NCBI RefSeq assembly: GCF_009914755.1
Contig: NC_060939.1
DNA length: 64,000 nucleotides
DNA from: the human T2T-CHM13v2.0 reference genome, Homo sapiens
Strand: one strand, 5' to 3'
Position 1 is the stretch's first letter. Each line of letters opens with the position of its first letter. Below the pieces are notes generated by a model, which was not told where the DNA came from, searched no databases, and saw nothing but the letters and a program-made list of their open reading frames with translations. This document shows, one piece after another, positions 27,905 to 40,650 of the stretch. The translations under genes and the position numbers were made by a program.

Positions 27905-29385
27905 CAGGTGACTATCTATAAACCAAGGATTAACCTACTCACAGAGGCCCCAGAGAATATATCACACCATTCCTCTCAGACCTTCATACCACCTTGTGAA
28001 GAAGAAATGTGATAAGGAGCCTGAGAGGGAAAAGGGAGTAGAGACAAAGCCCCTGACGGATATGTGTGTGGATAGGGCCAGGGGTCCTGCTTTGCCTCTG
28101 GTTATGGCTAATAAAGGGCTGTGGGCTGAATATACATCAAGGCACCTCATGACTTTCCCTGGCAGGGCCACTATGCACTCAAGTCCCCTTGCATCCCAGT
28201 CATCGTCTTATCTTTATGTCTTATTTGTCTTATCTAATTTGTCTTGTGATTCATGCCCCAGATGTCTCATTTGTCAGCAGAAATAGACCAGAACAAAGAC
28301 TGACACAAGCACCCCATCTAAAAATGGGCAGTAATTTGTACTGGGCTTTCTGGGGTAAATTTTCTCTGAAGTCCTATCCTGCAACTGTTTCTAGGAACCA
28401 TCAGTCTCAGAAGGATCCTGTTTGAACCCCAAGCATCGCCCATACTCAACGCAGCTCACTCCAAGGTGGTGGCAAGGAGCAGGCAGTGCCAATCCATTGT
28501 GCTGCCCACACTCACTACCATGTGCAGAGTCCATATGTGCTCACCTGGGCACAGAACAGAGACCTGTAAGCAGAGCCTGCTGCTGTCTGTCCCCCAAAGT
28601 CCTATTAGACATTACTCGTTTGCTTGTCGCCTCTCTTTCCACCACAGTGTAAGCTCCAGCAGGACAGGGTCTCTATTCATTGCTGAATCCCGGTGCCCAG
28701 CACTGGGCTTAGCACATACTATGGTAAGTGCTCAGAAACATCATTGTTTAAATGAATGAATGTTTCTACCACCTCAACCCAGACATGCCCTTTTCTTCCT
28801 TGCGAAGGCCTGTCTCTTCTTTAAAAACAAAACAGAAACCTCCTCCAGCCTTCTTCATCTAATCCTGGATAGTTGAGACGGCTTGTCACTCTGTAGCCCT
28901 TCCCTCGGCTGTGGTAGTCTGTGTTTACTCATTTATGGCATCCCTTCCAAGTCTTCTTTGGGTGTGTGGTGCAGCCTGCTTCTTTTTTCAAGCCTAGAGC
29001 AGAGATTTGACCTCCAGCCCAGACAACTAGCTCCCCAAGGAAAGGGACAGTCCCCCACCAGACTTGTTGGCTATCTACATTTATTCTTGTCCCCTTTCTG
29101 GCTGTTCCTCCCTCCTTCGGGATATGCACACAAAAGGACTCAATTGTTTCTTCTGCCTGGACTGTCCCTGCCAAAACACCCAGGGCCCTGCCACCCGGAA
29201 TGGCGTAAGCAGGGAGCTGGCGGGGGAGCTGCTTCCTGGAATGCACAGGGCCAGGCAGCTTGGTGGTTGGAGTGGGGGAGAGTGGGTGTACAGGATGGAC
29301 GTGAGGGTGTGTAAGGAGACGCTCCACCCCTCCCCACCCCCACCCCTGCCTCTCCTGACCCCAAGCAGTGGCAGGTGGCTCTTAC

Positions 29386-29477
29386 CAGGAAGCTGTTGTC
29401 CTTGGGGTTGGTGGCGAGACTAAGGCCGAGGCGCATGTTGTCTTTCCGCTCGGACACGTTGGACAGGGTGACCCTTC
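29386..29477 (-). CDS. ITGA11: ITGA11 exon 4 (92 nt): RVTLSNVSERKDNMRLGLSLATNPKDNSFL
   Basis: Acceptor ccccAG|GAAGG, donor CTG|GTaaga; frame continues from exon 3. Confidence 0.96.
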
Positions 29478-30222
29478 CTGGGGTTGGGGGAGAAGTTCAG
29501 CTTGCAGCCCCCTCCTGCCCGCCCTCTGCCCAGAGCCTGCTGCTGGTCTGGTCACCCGAGGTGCCTCCCCGATTCTCCCTGACCCTGGGGACCTCTGGCT
29601 CTCAGGGTTTACAAAGGCCTTCCCCAGACGTACTCTCAGGACTTCCTCACAACTGCCTGTGAGATGAGAAAACCGAGTCTCAGAGAGGCCAACCTGCCCA
29701 AGGTCACACAGTGAGCACTCACCGAGCCTTCTATCTCCTAGCCCACAGCTTTTCCTCCTCCAGCCATCCGACTGGAGCCCCACTTCCCCGTGTGCCCCCA
29801 AGCATGCCATGGCATCCCACCTGGGCTGGCTTCCTTTGTGCAGTATCCCCGCTACGCTTTCTTCCAAGTTGACCCCCATCCACACTTAACCAGTCCTGTG
29901 CCCAACTCTTTCTGTGTCCACTTCTCTGCTCATCTGAACAATCAACATGTGACAGCTGAGAGTTTCCTCTCATGGGTAACAGAGCCAACTCAACGAGAGC
30001 CTTCCAGAGCTGCCAGGCCTTGCCCAGGAATGCCATTCTGAAGGAGGCTGCCAAGAGAGGTGCTTAGGAGCTGGGTTATCAGCCTGCTGGGAATAGGGAG
30101 AGGGTCAGCTCTGCGGCAGATTAGAATCATAAAAAAATTGCATCGCTTAAGGTTTTACCAGATCATCCTGGAGGCCACCGAAGGAAAGGAAGTGAGTCTG
30201 AATTCCCCAGAAGTGTGTTGGG

Positions 30223-30246
30223 GTGTGTGTGTGTGTGTGTGTGTGC
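30223..30246. repeat. (TG)n microsatellite; imperfect CA/TG tracts also at ~1479-1533, ~12618-12655 and ~25164-25203
   Basis: Directly visible. Confidence 0.9.
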
Positions 30247-30399
30247 ACGTGTACAGGAAGAGGGAGTGGGAGAGGCTGGGGAGCTAGAGTGTGCCAGCCC
30301 TAATATGCAGTGTGGACAGCTCTGGGTGGCTTCCCTGCCTGGGGAAGGAGTAATTTCTTTTCTTTTCTCTTTTTTTAATTTTCCCTTCCCTCCCCTCCC

Positions 30400-30505
30400 T
30401 TTTCTTTTCTTTTTTTTGAGGCAGGGTCTCACTGTGTCACCCAGGCTAGAGTGGAGTGGCACCATCGTGGCTCACTGCAATCTCCAACTCCCAGGTTCGA
30501 GCAAT
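30400..30505 (-). mobile_element. Truncated Alu monomer (FLAM/AluJ-like)
   Basis: ttttttgaggcagggtctcactgtgtcacccaggctagagtggagtggc..., then similarity is lost. Confidence 0.8.
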
Positions 30506-33500
30506 GGGAGGAATAATTTCTAAGGAGGCCTTGAGCAAGAATGGGTTGCATTGCACTGTGTCGGTGACTGGAAGTGTGAAGAGTCGGCCTGGCTCCCAGG
30601 GCACACAGGTCAGGAAGGCCAGCTGGTGCAGGAGTCTGGGGGTGAGCCGCTGGCAGAGCCCAGCTTGTCAGACACAGACTGTTTTGTGGACTGGAGGGTA
30701 GGGGCAGCTGTGTTTGTTGTTTTTTCCTTTTTGGTTTTCCTCAGTTTGAAGCAAGGCTCCTTTTGAAATCTGCCCTTCTTGGCTGTGCTAAGAATGACTG
30801 GGCTCGATTTCTCTTTTGTCTGCCCAAACAAGCTGGAGAGAAAATAACAGTAAAGCCCCGGTGTTTCTGAGATGCCTTATCATCTACAAAGCACCGCGCA
30901 CACCTGCCCTTTCAGGACCCCTCACGGTCCTGGGAGACCCAGGGGTCATCATTTCCATTTTACAGATGAGAACATTGAGGTGTAGAGAGGGTTAGTGACT
31001 GCCACAAGGTTACCTGCTGGGAAATTAAAGAGCAAGATCTTTAGCCCAGACCGTGTGACGTTTCATCCCGAGTTCTGTGTTTTCTCCCATCTGATGGCAT
31101 CACGGTGGCAGTGGGAACTAGAGGGGCGGCTCCATGCTCCACTGGGCTGGGTAACCCTCGCCCCCTTCTGGCTAGAATTCTGCCCTCCGTTTATTTAAGG
31201 AACGCAGACCTCACCACCCTGCCCCTCTCCTTCCTCCCTCTCCCCTGGGACTGATGTTTGTAGTGAAACTGTGCAGCTGGCTGAGACAGAGGGGCAGGGG
31301 AGGAAAAATCCCTGTGTTGGAGTTAGACAGACTCAGGTTCAAGTCTTTGCCCAACCCCTCTGTGAGCGGGAGAGACTCACGCCTTCCTCAGCAGGTCTGG
31401 GTGAGGGTCCCGGGCCCAGATATCTCCCTACACAGGCCCTGGCTTTGAGAATCACATCACCTCCCCCAGCCCCTGCCCCTCATTGAAAACCCTGACTTTA
31501 TCCAGGTGTTGGAAGGACAGTGCCAGTGGTAGAGTCTTTCCCACAGAGGTGTGAATGGCTGACACCCACTTAGCCTTCCCTGGAGAAAAAGGAAAGAACA
31601 TTCCTGGCATCGTGCTGCCCAGTGCCTGGAACGGCCGTAGGAAAACCCAGGACTCAGGTTTCCCAGCCTTGCATTTTCCACTGTGGGGCAAAACTGACAG
31701 ATGTTCTTTCTGCCATGCATTTTCTTCTCAGTGGGAGAGAGAGAACCACACCTCAAATGAAGAGTAATTTTCCTCTGTCCCAACTCACTTTGCTACCCAC
31801 TGCCTCCTAGGCTTGTGCCCCAGCTCAGAAATGCTTTCCAGGGTCTCATGGCTTTATGTCTCCTCCTCCCTCTGGAGAGAAATGGGGTCCACATTGCAAC
31901 AGAGAAAAAAAAAGATTGGTTCACGAATCCACGTCCCTGCCTGGACCAGGAGCTTCTCTTGGTGGCTGAAGCCCTGAGAAGACTGCCCACTCTTCCACCA
32001 CACCCCAACCTCATTGCCTCTGTCCCAACCACATGGCCTTTCTTTATCTTCTCCAACAGGGCAGACTTGTTCCTACCTTAGGGCGTTTGCACTTGCTCCT
32101 CCTTTGTCTGGAGTGCTCCGCCCCCACCTGTAACCTTCTCAAAAACTACCTGCTCAGAGAAGCCTTCCCTGATCACCTTCTATGGTAGAAATCCCTCTCC
32201 ACTTCCATCACCCCCTAGCCACTCTTATTACAGCACCTGGTTTATTGCACAGCATTGATCCCTGCCTAAAATTATCCTGCTTCCTAATTTGCCTACCCGA
32301 TTACTGTCCCCTTCCTTGGCCTCTTGCTCCCCACCATATCCCCAATAAATAGTACAGTGTTTGGTACACGCTAGGTGCCCATTAAAGGTTCGGAAACAGA
32401 TTAGACCTGGAATGGATCCTAAGGGTTGTTGAGTCCAGCCTCCTTGCTTTACACACGAGTAAACTGAGGCTCAGAGAGAGGATGTGAACTCCGCATGGAC
32501 ACACAGCAAAGAATTTGTACAGCTGGAAGGGGACTCCAGGTTGGCCAGTTTCAGAAGCCTGTGTTCTCAGGGTGCTGATGACCTGGAACCATATGCCACC
32601 AACCAGGCACCCTCTTCCCTTAGACGATTTCCTCACTGAAGTTTGGGCCCCAGCTATGCTGGGTTTTGAACTTCCCACCCATGGTGCTGATACAGATGTG
32701 GACAGTGGGAGCCTCCGGGACCATGTGACAGACGGCTGGCTGCCCTGGGGAGTTCTTTGGGCTTTCTTTTGGATGCTGACCTTTTCATCCATCAGCTTAT
32801 CTCTTGAACCTCTGCCATTCCCGCCCAGTGAGACCCTGCTGCCCTTCCCATCCCCCATCTCCCAGGGAGACCCACCCCACTGCTCTGGGGTGGAGACCCC
32901 GCTCCTCGAAGGAGGGAGGCCCAGGGTCCTGGCCCTAGGGAAGTCCAGTCCTCCAGGGCAAAGCCTAGAATTGCAGCTTGTCAGCCAAAATGGAACTTTT
33001 TCTCCCTTCTGAGAGCAGAGCAAGCAATGACCCAGCTGCTGTCTGACCTTTAGGACAAGTGGGAGCACTTTAGTGGACTGGTGTGTGCGCTTAGTGGATA
33101 CACATTTGCACACACATAAGCAGATACACACATGCATGCAAACACACACGAGTAGATTTTAGGAGGGCTTCGGAGGCTGGGGGCTGTTCACAGCATCTCC
33201 CTGTTCCAGAATATGCCTGAAAGCTCTTTGGCGAGGAAAAGCTTGCATTTCCGAAGGGCAGTGCTGCATGGTGGTTAAAGGGAGGCCATAGCCTGCATGA
33301 ACTGGACGCCAAGCCCTGCTCCTTGTGAGCTGAGTGACCCCGGGCAGGTCCCCTCACCTCTGTATGCTGTCATTTCCTATCTGTTAAATGGTTAAATCCC
33401 ATATGGGTGTTGTGAGGATTAAATGAGTCCAAATGTGCCTCACACATGGTGAACATTATCGAAGATATCTGAATGTTAGCTATTGTTGTTATTATTTCAA

Positions 33501-33849
33501 AATCAGGAAAAAGACAGGAAGTCCTTTTTTTTTTTTTTTTTTCTCCTGGGAGAGAAAACTTTGAGTTGAAGGGCAGTGGCTGAGTCAGAAAGAGGAATGG
33601 TCTGGGACAGCTAGGGCCTGGGTTGATTCCTGGTGAGCCCCTGGCAAGCTGTGTGACTGTGGAAAAGTTGCCTCCTCTCCCTGGCCTCAGCTTCCTCATG
33701 TGTAAAGTGGGGGCAGTGATATCAGCTGGGTCATCTCATGGAGTAGCAGGAAGGAGTCAGTGTGACCATGGACATGGGCGTGCATCAGAGCCTGCCTTGT
33801 GTTAGACAACCGCTGGCCTCATTGTGAAGAGACCACCAGCCCACGTTAC

Positions 33850-33950
33850 CCAGGTTGAGTTTGGTGCAGTTCCCGTGGATCACTGGACACTTGTACACGT
33901 CTCCCGTCTTCTGGTAGCCATTGGTTTCCAGTGGGGCGCCCACGACCAGC
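33850..33950 (-). CDS. ITGA11: ITGA11 exon 3 (101 nt): LVVGAPLETNGYQKTGDVYKCPVIHGNCTKLNL-G, FG-GAP repeat
   Basis: Acceptor ttcccAG|GCTGGTC, donor CTGG|GTaacg; contains the GAP motif. Confidence 0.96.
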
Positions 33951-34520
33951 CTGGGAAGGAAGAGAAGATGAGCAAAGACATTGGGGGAGGTACTCTTTCC
34001 TGGCAGAGGATGGAGCCTGGTGGGCAGTGTGGAGGTGAAGTTGGGTGGGGAGGGTGGGAGGGAACCCTGGAGGTGTGACCACATGCAGACCCTCAGGCTG
34101 GGACCACTGTCTCCCTGAGGGAGGGATGCTGGGCTTTCAGCATAAAGTCATGGGACCTGTGGCCCATTCTAGGCCCTTGCCTAGGTACAGAGATGAAGAC
34201 CACATGGGCTCTGCAACAAATGGGATGGAGGCAAATCCCTGGTAGAGGAGGGGGCGATGTTTGAGCTGGGTCTTAAGGGATGAATATGAGTTTGTCAAAT
34301 GACGAGAGAGTGGTAATGGAAGTCATTCTGACAAAGGAATGATGTTTCTGGAGCCACAGAGTCTTGACCATCTGTCATTACCTGAAAGGGCCCTCATTCT
34401 TCATCTTATAGGGAAGCCTTAAAGCTGGTGCCCCAGAGTGGGTCAGGGTGGACAAGGCAGCCAGTGGGCGGAAGCTGCCATGCAGCTGGGGCTCCTGCCT
34501 TGAGCCAATGCCTTTGCAAC

Positions 34521-34903
34521 CTTCTTTGGAAAAAGTGTCTTTGCAGATGTAACTAAGTTAAGGTTCTTGGGTTGAGATCATCCTGGATTATCTGGGTGGA
34601 CCCTAAATTCAATGGCAAGTGTCCTGAAGAGGAAACACAGAGGAGAGACATGGGGAGAAGAGAGACACGAGAAGACAGAGGCAGAGTTAGGAGATGCTGC
34701 CCCAAGCCAAGGAGCGCCCGGGACCACCAGAAGCTGGAAGAACCAAGGAAGGATTCTCCCCCAGAGCCTGCGGAGGGAGTGCGGACCTGGTGCTGCTTCC
34801 TTTCAGGCTCGTGTCCTTCAGGACTCTGAGGGAATGCGTTTCTGTTGTTTTAAGCCACGCAGGTTGTGATCATCTGTTATGGCGGCCGTAAGGAACTAAC
34901 ACA
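34521..34903 (+). mobile_element. MLT1 (B/C/D-like) LTR fragment
   Basis: gtctttgcagatgtaactaagttaagg...ttctgttgttttaagccac...ggaactaacaca. Confidence 0.8.
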
Positions 34904-35649
34904 CCTGGCTTACTTACTTACATGTATCTAGGGAAAAGTGAGCAGCCACTCCTTCCTGGCCCGGCCAAGCCCCGGTGGCCGTGCCCTGGAGGAAAAGCCT
35001 GCGACCCTGGAGGTGCGGCTGTGGACTCACCCCCACCGATGCTGGGGAGAGTTCTACCTCAGACTGGAGGGTCCCCAGGTCCTGTCCTTAGTGCTCTCCA
35101 GGGCCCTCTACGCCTCATCTCTCACCCACCAGAGAGCAGCCCCATCACGGGGGCCCAGAGTGTCCCAGGATTCTGACCTGCCCACTGGGTCTGTGGCACG
35201 TGACTCTGGCACACCTGGGGCCCTCTAGGCCTTGGGTGCCGGTCTGGCTCTCTGCTCAGGCCACATACTAACAGTGGCTAAGAACGGTAACCCTTCCCAG
35301 GGACAGCGGTACTGTGTGTGGGAGGGGACACCACAGCCCACAAGAGCCCCGAAAGGCTTTCGATCCCGAGGGATGGAGAACAGATGATGGTGGGATCTGG
35401 GGCACAGGGACAGGTTGGACTTTCTGGAGCTCTTTAGACCTTGCTCTTCCAGCAGCTTCCCACTGCCTGGTGACATGGCCCAAAGAAGAAGCCACCACAT
35501 ACCAGCGGAGTTAGATGGTTGGGAGGAGGTGGCCGGGAGGCTCGGGCTGCATGGGACTTAAGTGGCTTCTTGTGGTCCATTGCTCTCCCTGCCCCGGTCC
35601 ACCTTGGCGCCGTCAGGAAGGAAAGCCAGGTCTGAAGTGGGAGTTACAG

Positions 35650-35850
35650 AACTCTGTTTGAAATTAAGCGTCTATGAAATAAGAGCTGAGGTTTCTCCCC
35701 TGGGGAGCCAGATGATGGCAGATTCTATATATATCCCCTTATTAAGCCCGCCTATTTTTGACCGGCAGAAATTAATTGGACCCATAACATCTGTTTGTCT
35801 AGACGAGGTGATTTTTGGCTACTTAATTCTGCAAGTGATTGTGTGGTCAA
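35650..35850. promoter_or_regulatory. Candidate intronic enhancer (SMAD, EBF, E-box, homeobox and RUNX motif cluster)
   Basis: GTCTAGAC 35797-35804, TCCCCTGGGGA 35696-35706, CAGATG 35709, CATCTG 35788, TAATTG 35773, TGTGGTC 35842; motif evidence only. Confidence 0.45.
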
Positions 35851-36077
35851 GGCTGCTCCATTCTTGAGAGAGAGAGAGAAAGTGAGAGAAAGAAAGAAAA
35901 AGGTCAGTAAGAGAACCCTGGGCTCTAAGCTTACTTCTCTGGGGCTGCTCCAGTTTTCAAGGTTAACCTGACACGTGACCAAGTCTTCCTGAGGGACACG
36001 TTCCTCCCGGGCACTGTTGCCAGATGGAGGAGCACCTCTCAGGGTGCCTCTGGGAGAATCAGGCGCAGCATGTTCTA

Positions 36078-36405
<328 letters not shown>

Positions 36406-38174
36406 GGCACCGAGAAACAGAAGGGGCCATATCTAGGCAAGCTATGCGCAAAGACTGGTGGCTTCCGAAAAGTCACGTGTCCTGGCAGTGGCTGAGATGG
36501 GACAATCTGGTAGTAAATTCACTAAGTCACTGTGACCTCAAATTTGCAATGAGACCGGTTTTGTCCTTTTCAAAGAACAAGGGCCACTCCCTGGGTCCCA
36601 TCTCCACTCTCCCAGACCTCATTTCTCTGGGAGTCCATAGTACTTCATGAGGTAGGAGGGCAGGGCTTACTGTCGCCATAATATAGCTGCAGAAACTGAG
36701 GCCCCAAGAGGGGAGCTGACCCAGCCCCACAGTTGGTTTGCTGCGGGGCTGGGACTGGAGTTCTCCTGGGACAGCTTCCTCTGCATTGCCCCAAATGTTT
36801 CTTTGCCATGAAGAGAGGGCCTGGGTCAGCCCTTCTCTCCATTCTTGAGTCTGGGCATTACGTGTGCCTGTTGGGCTTGAGGTTTGGAGGACATGATTCA
36901 GTCCCAGTTTGAGAGGATAACTGCCGAAGCGCAGGGAAAATGTTCACGTCACCACTGAGACCAGCCAAATTGCCTGGGGTCTGGCAGCCCCTGCCACCCC
37001 CTGCAGCCTCAGGCTTATACAGCCTTCTGCAGCCTCAGGGCCTGCTACGCCTCTCGGGGGCTTGATACCCTATACCTCCTGGCGTGGGCACCAGACGGCA
37101 CAGCAAACCCCAAAGGTCGTGGCGAGCATCCGGCCCTTTCCATTGGCTGTGTGCTGTGAGTCACTGGCTGCGGGCTCCCGGCATTCTTCCTGCGGAGGCG
37201 CAGGGAGCAGGGCTTCGGTGGATGGGAAAATGGGCAACAGGCATTCCAGCCACAGCCCTGTAGGACCCTTTCCCTGTTGACCAACCTCTAAGAAGGGCCT
37301 TGCCAAGAGAGGATGGTCCCTGTGGAGACTGCACTCTGGAAGGCCGGACATGGCACTCTGGAAGCCCTCTGCTGGGCTCCTTGGCTCCCTGCAGGACCCA
37401 GACTAAGACAAAGGGCCCCTGGCTCCAGTGCCCTCCCACCTGACTCTACCTCACACCCTCTCCAACAAGGCTCTTTGGGGACTCATCCTGAATTCTGCTT
37501 ATCCTCAGCTCCATTCTTCCAGGCAGTTTTGGTCTCTAAACTTTTAAAATTCAATCTCCTGTAAGAAAAAAGATGATATGTACCCCTAATTATGTGTAAG
37601 TGTATATGTAAATTATACCAGCATAAACTGTCCAATTTTAATAAACTGTATATTAAATGTTAGTAATTCTATTTTTTTCAGATAAAATATAAACCTAAAT
37701 AGAACTCACATTTATTTTATTTCTGTACTCCAGTATACAGTCCAGCATAGTCCCTGTGGTGTGTGTACCCCACCCTGGAGATCATCCCTTTAAAATCCAG
37801 CATAAATTCCCACCTGCTCCAGGAAGCCCTCGGTGATTACCCTGGCCTTTCTCACATAAACTGGCTTGTAATCCCTGCTGCCTGGTGTGGCCAATGTCGT
37901 AGTGTCATGATTCCTTGAGGTCTGAGATGTCCTGGACTGCCCTACTGCACCAGAGTAGGGTGGTCCTGAAGGCACTCGGCAAAGAGGTCCCCAGTGACCA
38001 ACCTAACCTTCTGTGTGACAGTCTGCAGCAGGAGCAACTGTGGGGGCTTTTGGCTTTGCCTCAGGCCTAAGAGAAGCCCCTGAATTCAATCCTTGGAAAG
38101 AGGGTTGTTGAGAAATCGAGTACTTTCCATGCATAGGAGTTCAATGGAGTGACCCAGCTTCCATGCTAAAGTCA

Positions 38175-38685
38175 ATGTTGACTGCTTCCCTGGTTTCCAT
38201 TTCCTCCTTCCCAACAGTACTCATTTCTGTTTGAGGATCCAGGGATTCTGACTCTATTCCCAGTTGCAGGGATGGAGCACATAGCTCAGGTTAGGAGAGT
38301 TTATCCCCCAGCTGCAGTGATTGAGTCAGGGTGGGACAAAGACTTAAATCTCCCCAATCAAGTGAATCTCAAGACTTGTGCTTGGGATGCAGGTAGCAGG
38401 GTGGTCTCTTTTCTCTGGATGCTGTAGTGAGTGAATGCAAGGCCTGGAACTGTTGGCAGCCACCTTGTGATGATGAGGGTTATGAGCTGATGCATTGACA
38501 GTGGGAGAGCTGAGAGAAGCATGAAGAGAAGGAGCTGAAGTCCTGCTGATGCTTTGAACCCCTGGATCAAACTGTACCTGCAGCCTAACTACCACTGGGC
38601 TTTTCAGACATAGGCTCAATGACTACCTTTTACTGCATAGTAAGTCTGTGAGTTTTTAGGTACTTATAACTTAAAACATCCTAAT
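38175..38685 (+). mobile_element. Old MLT1 (J/K/L-like) LTR
   Basis: ctggaactgttggcagccaccttg...tttgaacccctggatcaaactgtacctg...aaacatcctaat. Confidence 0.6.
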
Positions 38686-40417
38686 GTTTAGAGTGTACAA
38701 GGCAAAAAAGTGCACATAGTTAAAATTACTCTTAGAAATTCCATATGTTATTATGCTATAAGAGAAACATGGCAACCAAGACCAATGAGGGGAAGCAGAT
38801 TCATATCCCCTAGCTCATGCTCCACCTGGGGCCTGGACTTACTGAGTAAGTGGTGGGTGGAATCACCAGCACCATGTATATTATTTCTCTCTTGTTGTTT
38901 AACTGAATGCATAAAACTTTCCCCTGGCCTAGCCTTGTGGCAACAGAAACCCTTTTGTCCTGTGTGCATTCCACATATAACAGCTGCTTAGACAGGGAAC
39001 CCTGCATTCCAGATGTTTCTGGTTACCTGGGAACAGGCCTCGAGACCATCAGAGCTGGGAGGAAACATGCAGGTTCCTTGGGCCAGCCTCAAATGTGGGA
39101 TCCAAGGCCAGCGAGAGAAGTGCTGTGTCTGAGGCCTCAGACAGGCAGTGGCAGAGCTGGACTAGTACACGGTGTCCTGACTCCTAGGGTGGTGCTTCCC
39201 CCAAGCCATGGAGGGCAGAAAGCCTAGAGGCAAGGGCTGGGGCTCTAGGCCCAGTCAGGCTTTTACAGGCTGTGTCTGTTGAGGCAGGCAGGAGCAGCTT
39301 AGCTCCCCAGCAGATGAAATGAGCCAAGGCCATGAATTGAGCTCACTGGATGCTAGGGGAAGGAAGAAGGAACCTCCAAGGATGAGCTTGCCTCTGCAGG
39401 AGATCCTGAGACCAGAGGCTGGCATGGACTGCCCAGGAAGGGAAGAATGTGGGTTCAATCCCCTCCCTGATGGGCCTCCCAGCCTCCCTCTGCAAGGCCT
39501 CAACCTCACATCCCGGGAAATCCAATTATCATTGGTTATCCTTTTCATTTGAATGAATCACTTTCAATGCAATTTAATTGCACTTGATTTTGATCTCCAG
39601 GACAGCTTTGGGGCTGGCAGAGCAGTTTGTGTCTGAGGCTCAGAATGTAGGTATGATGAGCCTGCAGAGAGACACTGATCAGTTTCACAGCCAGGACTCC
39701 TCGTCCTGTGCTCTTTTTTTCATTGTGAAGAAGTGGAAGGCTCAGTGCTCAGAGAGGAGTGAGGCCTGTCCTCTCTAGGGCCAGCAGGGCCTGTCCCCAC
39801 AGGAGCCTCTCACCTCTCTCCTCTCTCACCCCATTCCCTTCCTCACCTGTTCCTTTCTCTCAACACAGCCCCCGCTCCCTTAAACCCACATGGTCCCTTT
39901 GTCTCTTTTTTCTCCTGGCTCCATTTTCCTTTTCTGAAATCAGATAGGGGCATCAGGGAGGGGTTTCACTGGAGGAGCCGAGAGCTCGAGGGAACAAAGG
40001 AGAGATTATTCCTTTAGTGAGGCCTTTCTCTCCCTCTCTCTCCATGGAAAATGGAATCTCCTCCAGCCCCTGTGAGTTTGGTGGCTAATGGGTTCAAGAT
40101 GGGTCTGGGGAAGCGCTGAGAGCAGCAAGTCCAAATGCCTGCCCAGTGGGGACCCCGGGGCTGCCCTGCCTGGGGGTTGGGTGTAGATGGAGAATCTGGC
40201 CCAGGACCTGCCCAAGGGGAGAAGTTGGCACCTGCAGGTCTTCCTGGACTGACTGCAGGGGCTTGTGGTTCACCTTGGCTCACACATCTGGTGAGGCCTG
40301 GCCTCGTGGGGGCTAGGGAAACGAGAGCCCCTCTGTTTGCACATCCCTTACTCTCCCTCCATAAAGTCCTATCAGACACTGGAAACCTTTGTGTGCATTT
40401 TAAACAGGGACATATAC

Positions 40418-40650
40418 ATGATGATTAATTTTATGTGTCAACTTGACTGGGCCACGGGGTGCCTAGATATATGGCCAAACGTCATTCTGGGTGTTTCTGT
40501 GAGGGTGTTTTTTGCATGAGATTAACACTTAGATCTGTAGGCTAAGGAAAGCAAATCACCCTTCCTAATGTGGGTGGGCCTCATCCAATCAGTCGAAGGG
40601 CAGAACAGAACAAAATGACTGACCTTCCCTTGAGAAAGAGAATTCTCCCT
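40418..40650 (+). mobile_element. MLT2 (ERVL) LTR 5' fragment, followed by a MER5 fragment to ~40762
   Basis: ttaattttatgtgtcaacttgactgggccacggggtgcc...ttctgggtgtttctgtgagggtgtttt. Confidence 0.8.

Noticed and set aside
32382-33149. 255-aa minus-strand ORF and overlapping 165-aa plus-strand ORF
   Set aside because: Starts in a CA-type repeat, has no recognisable domain and no exon-like splice context; consistent with a chance ORF in GC-rich intron.
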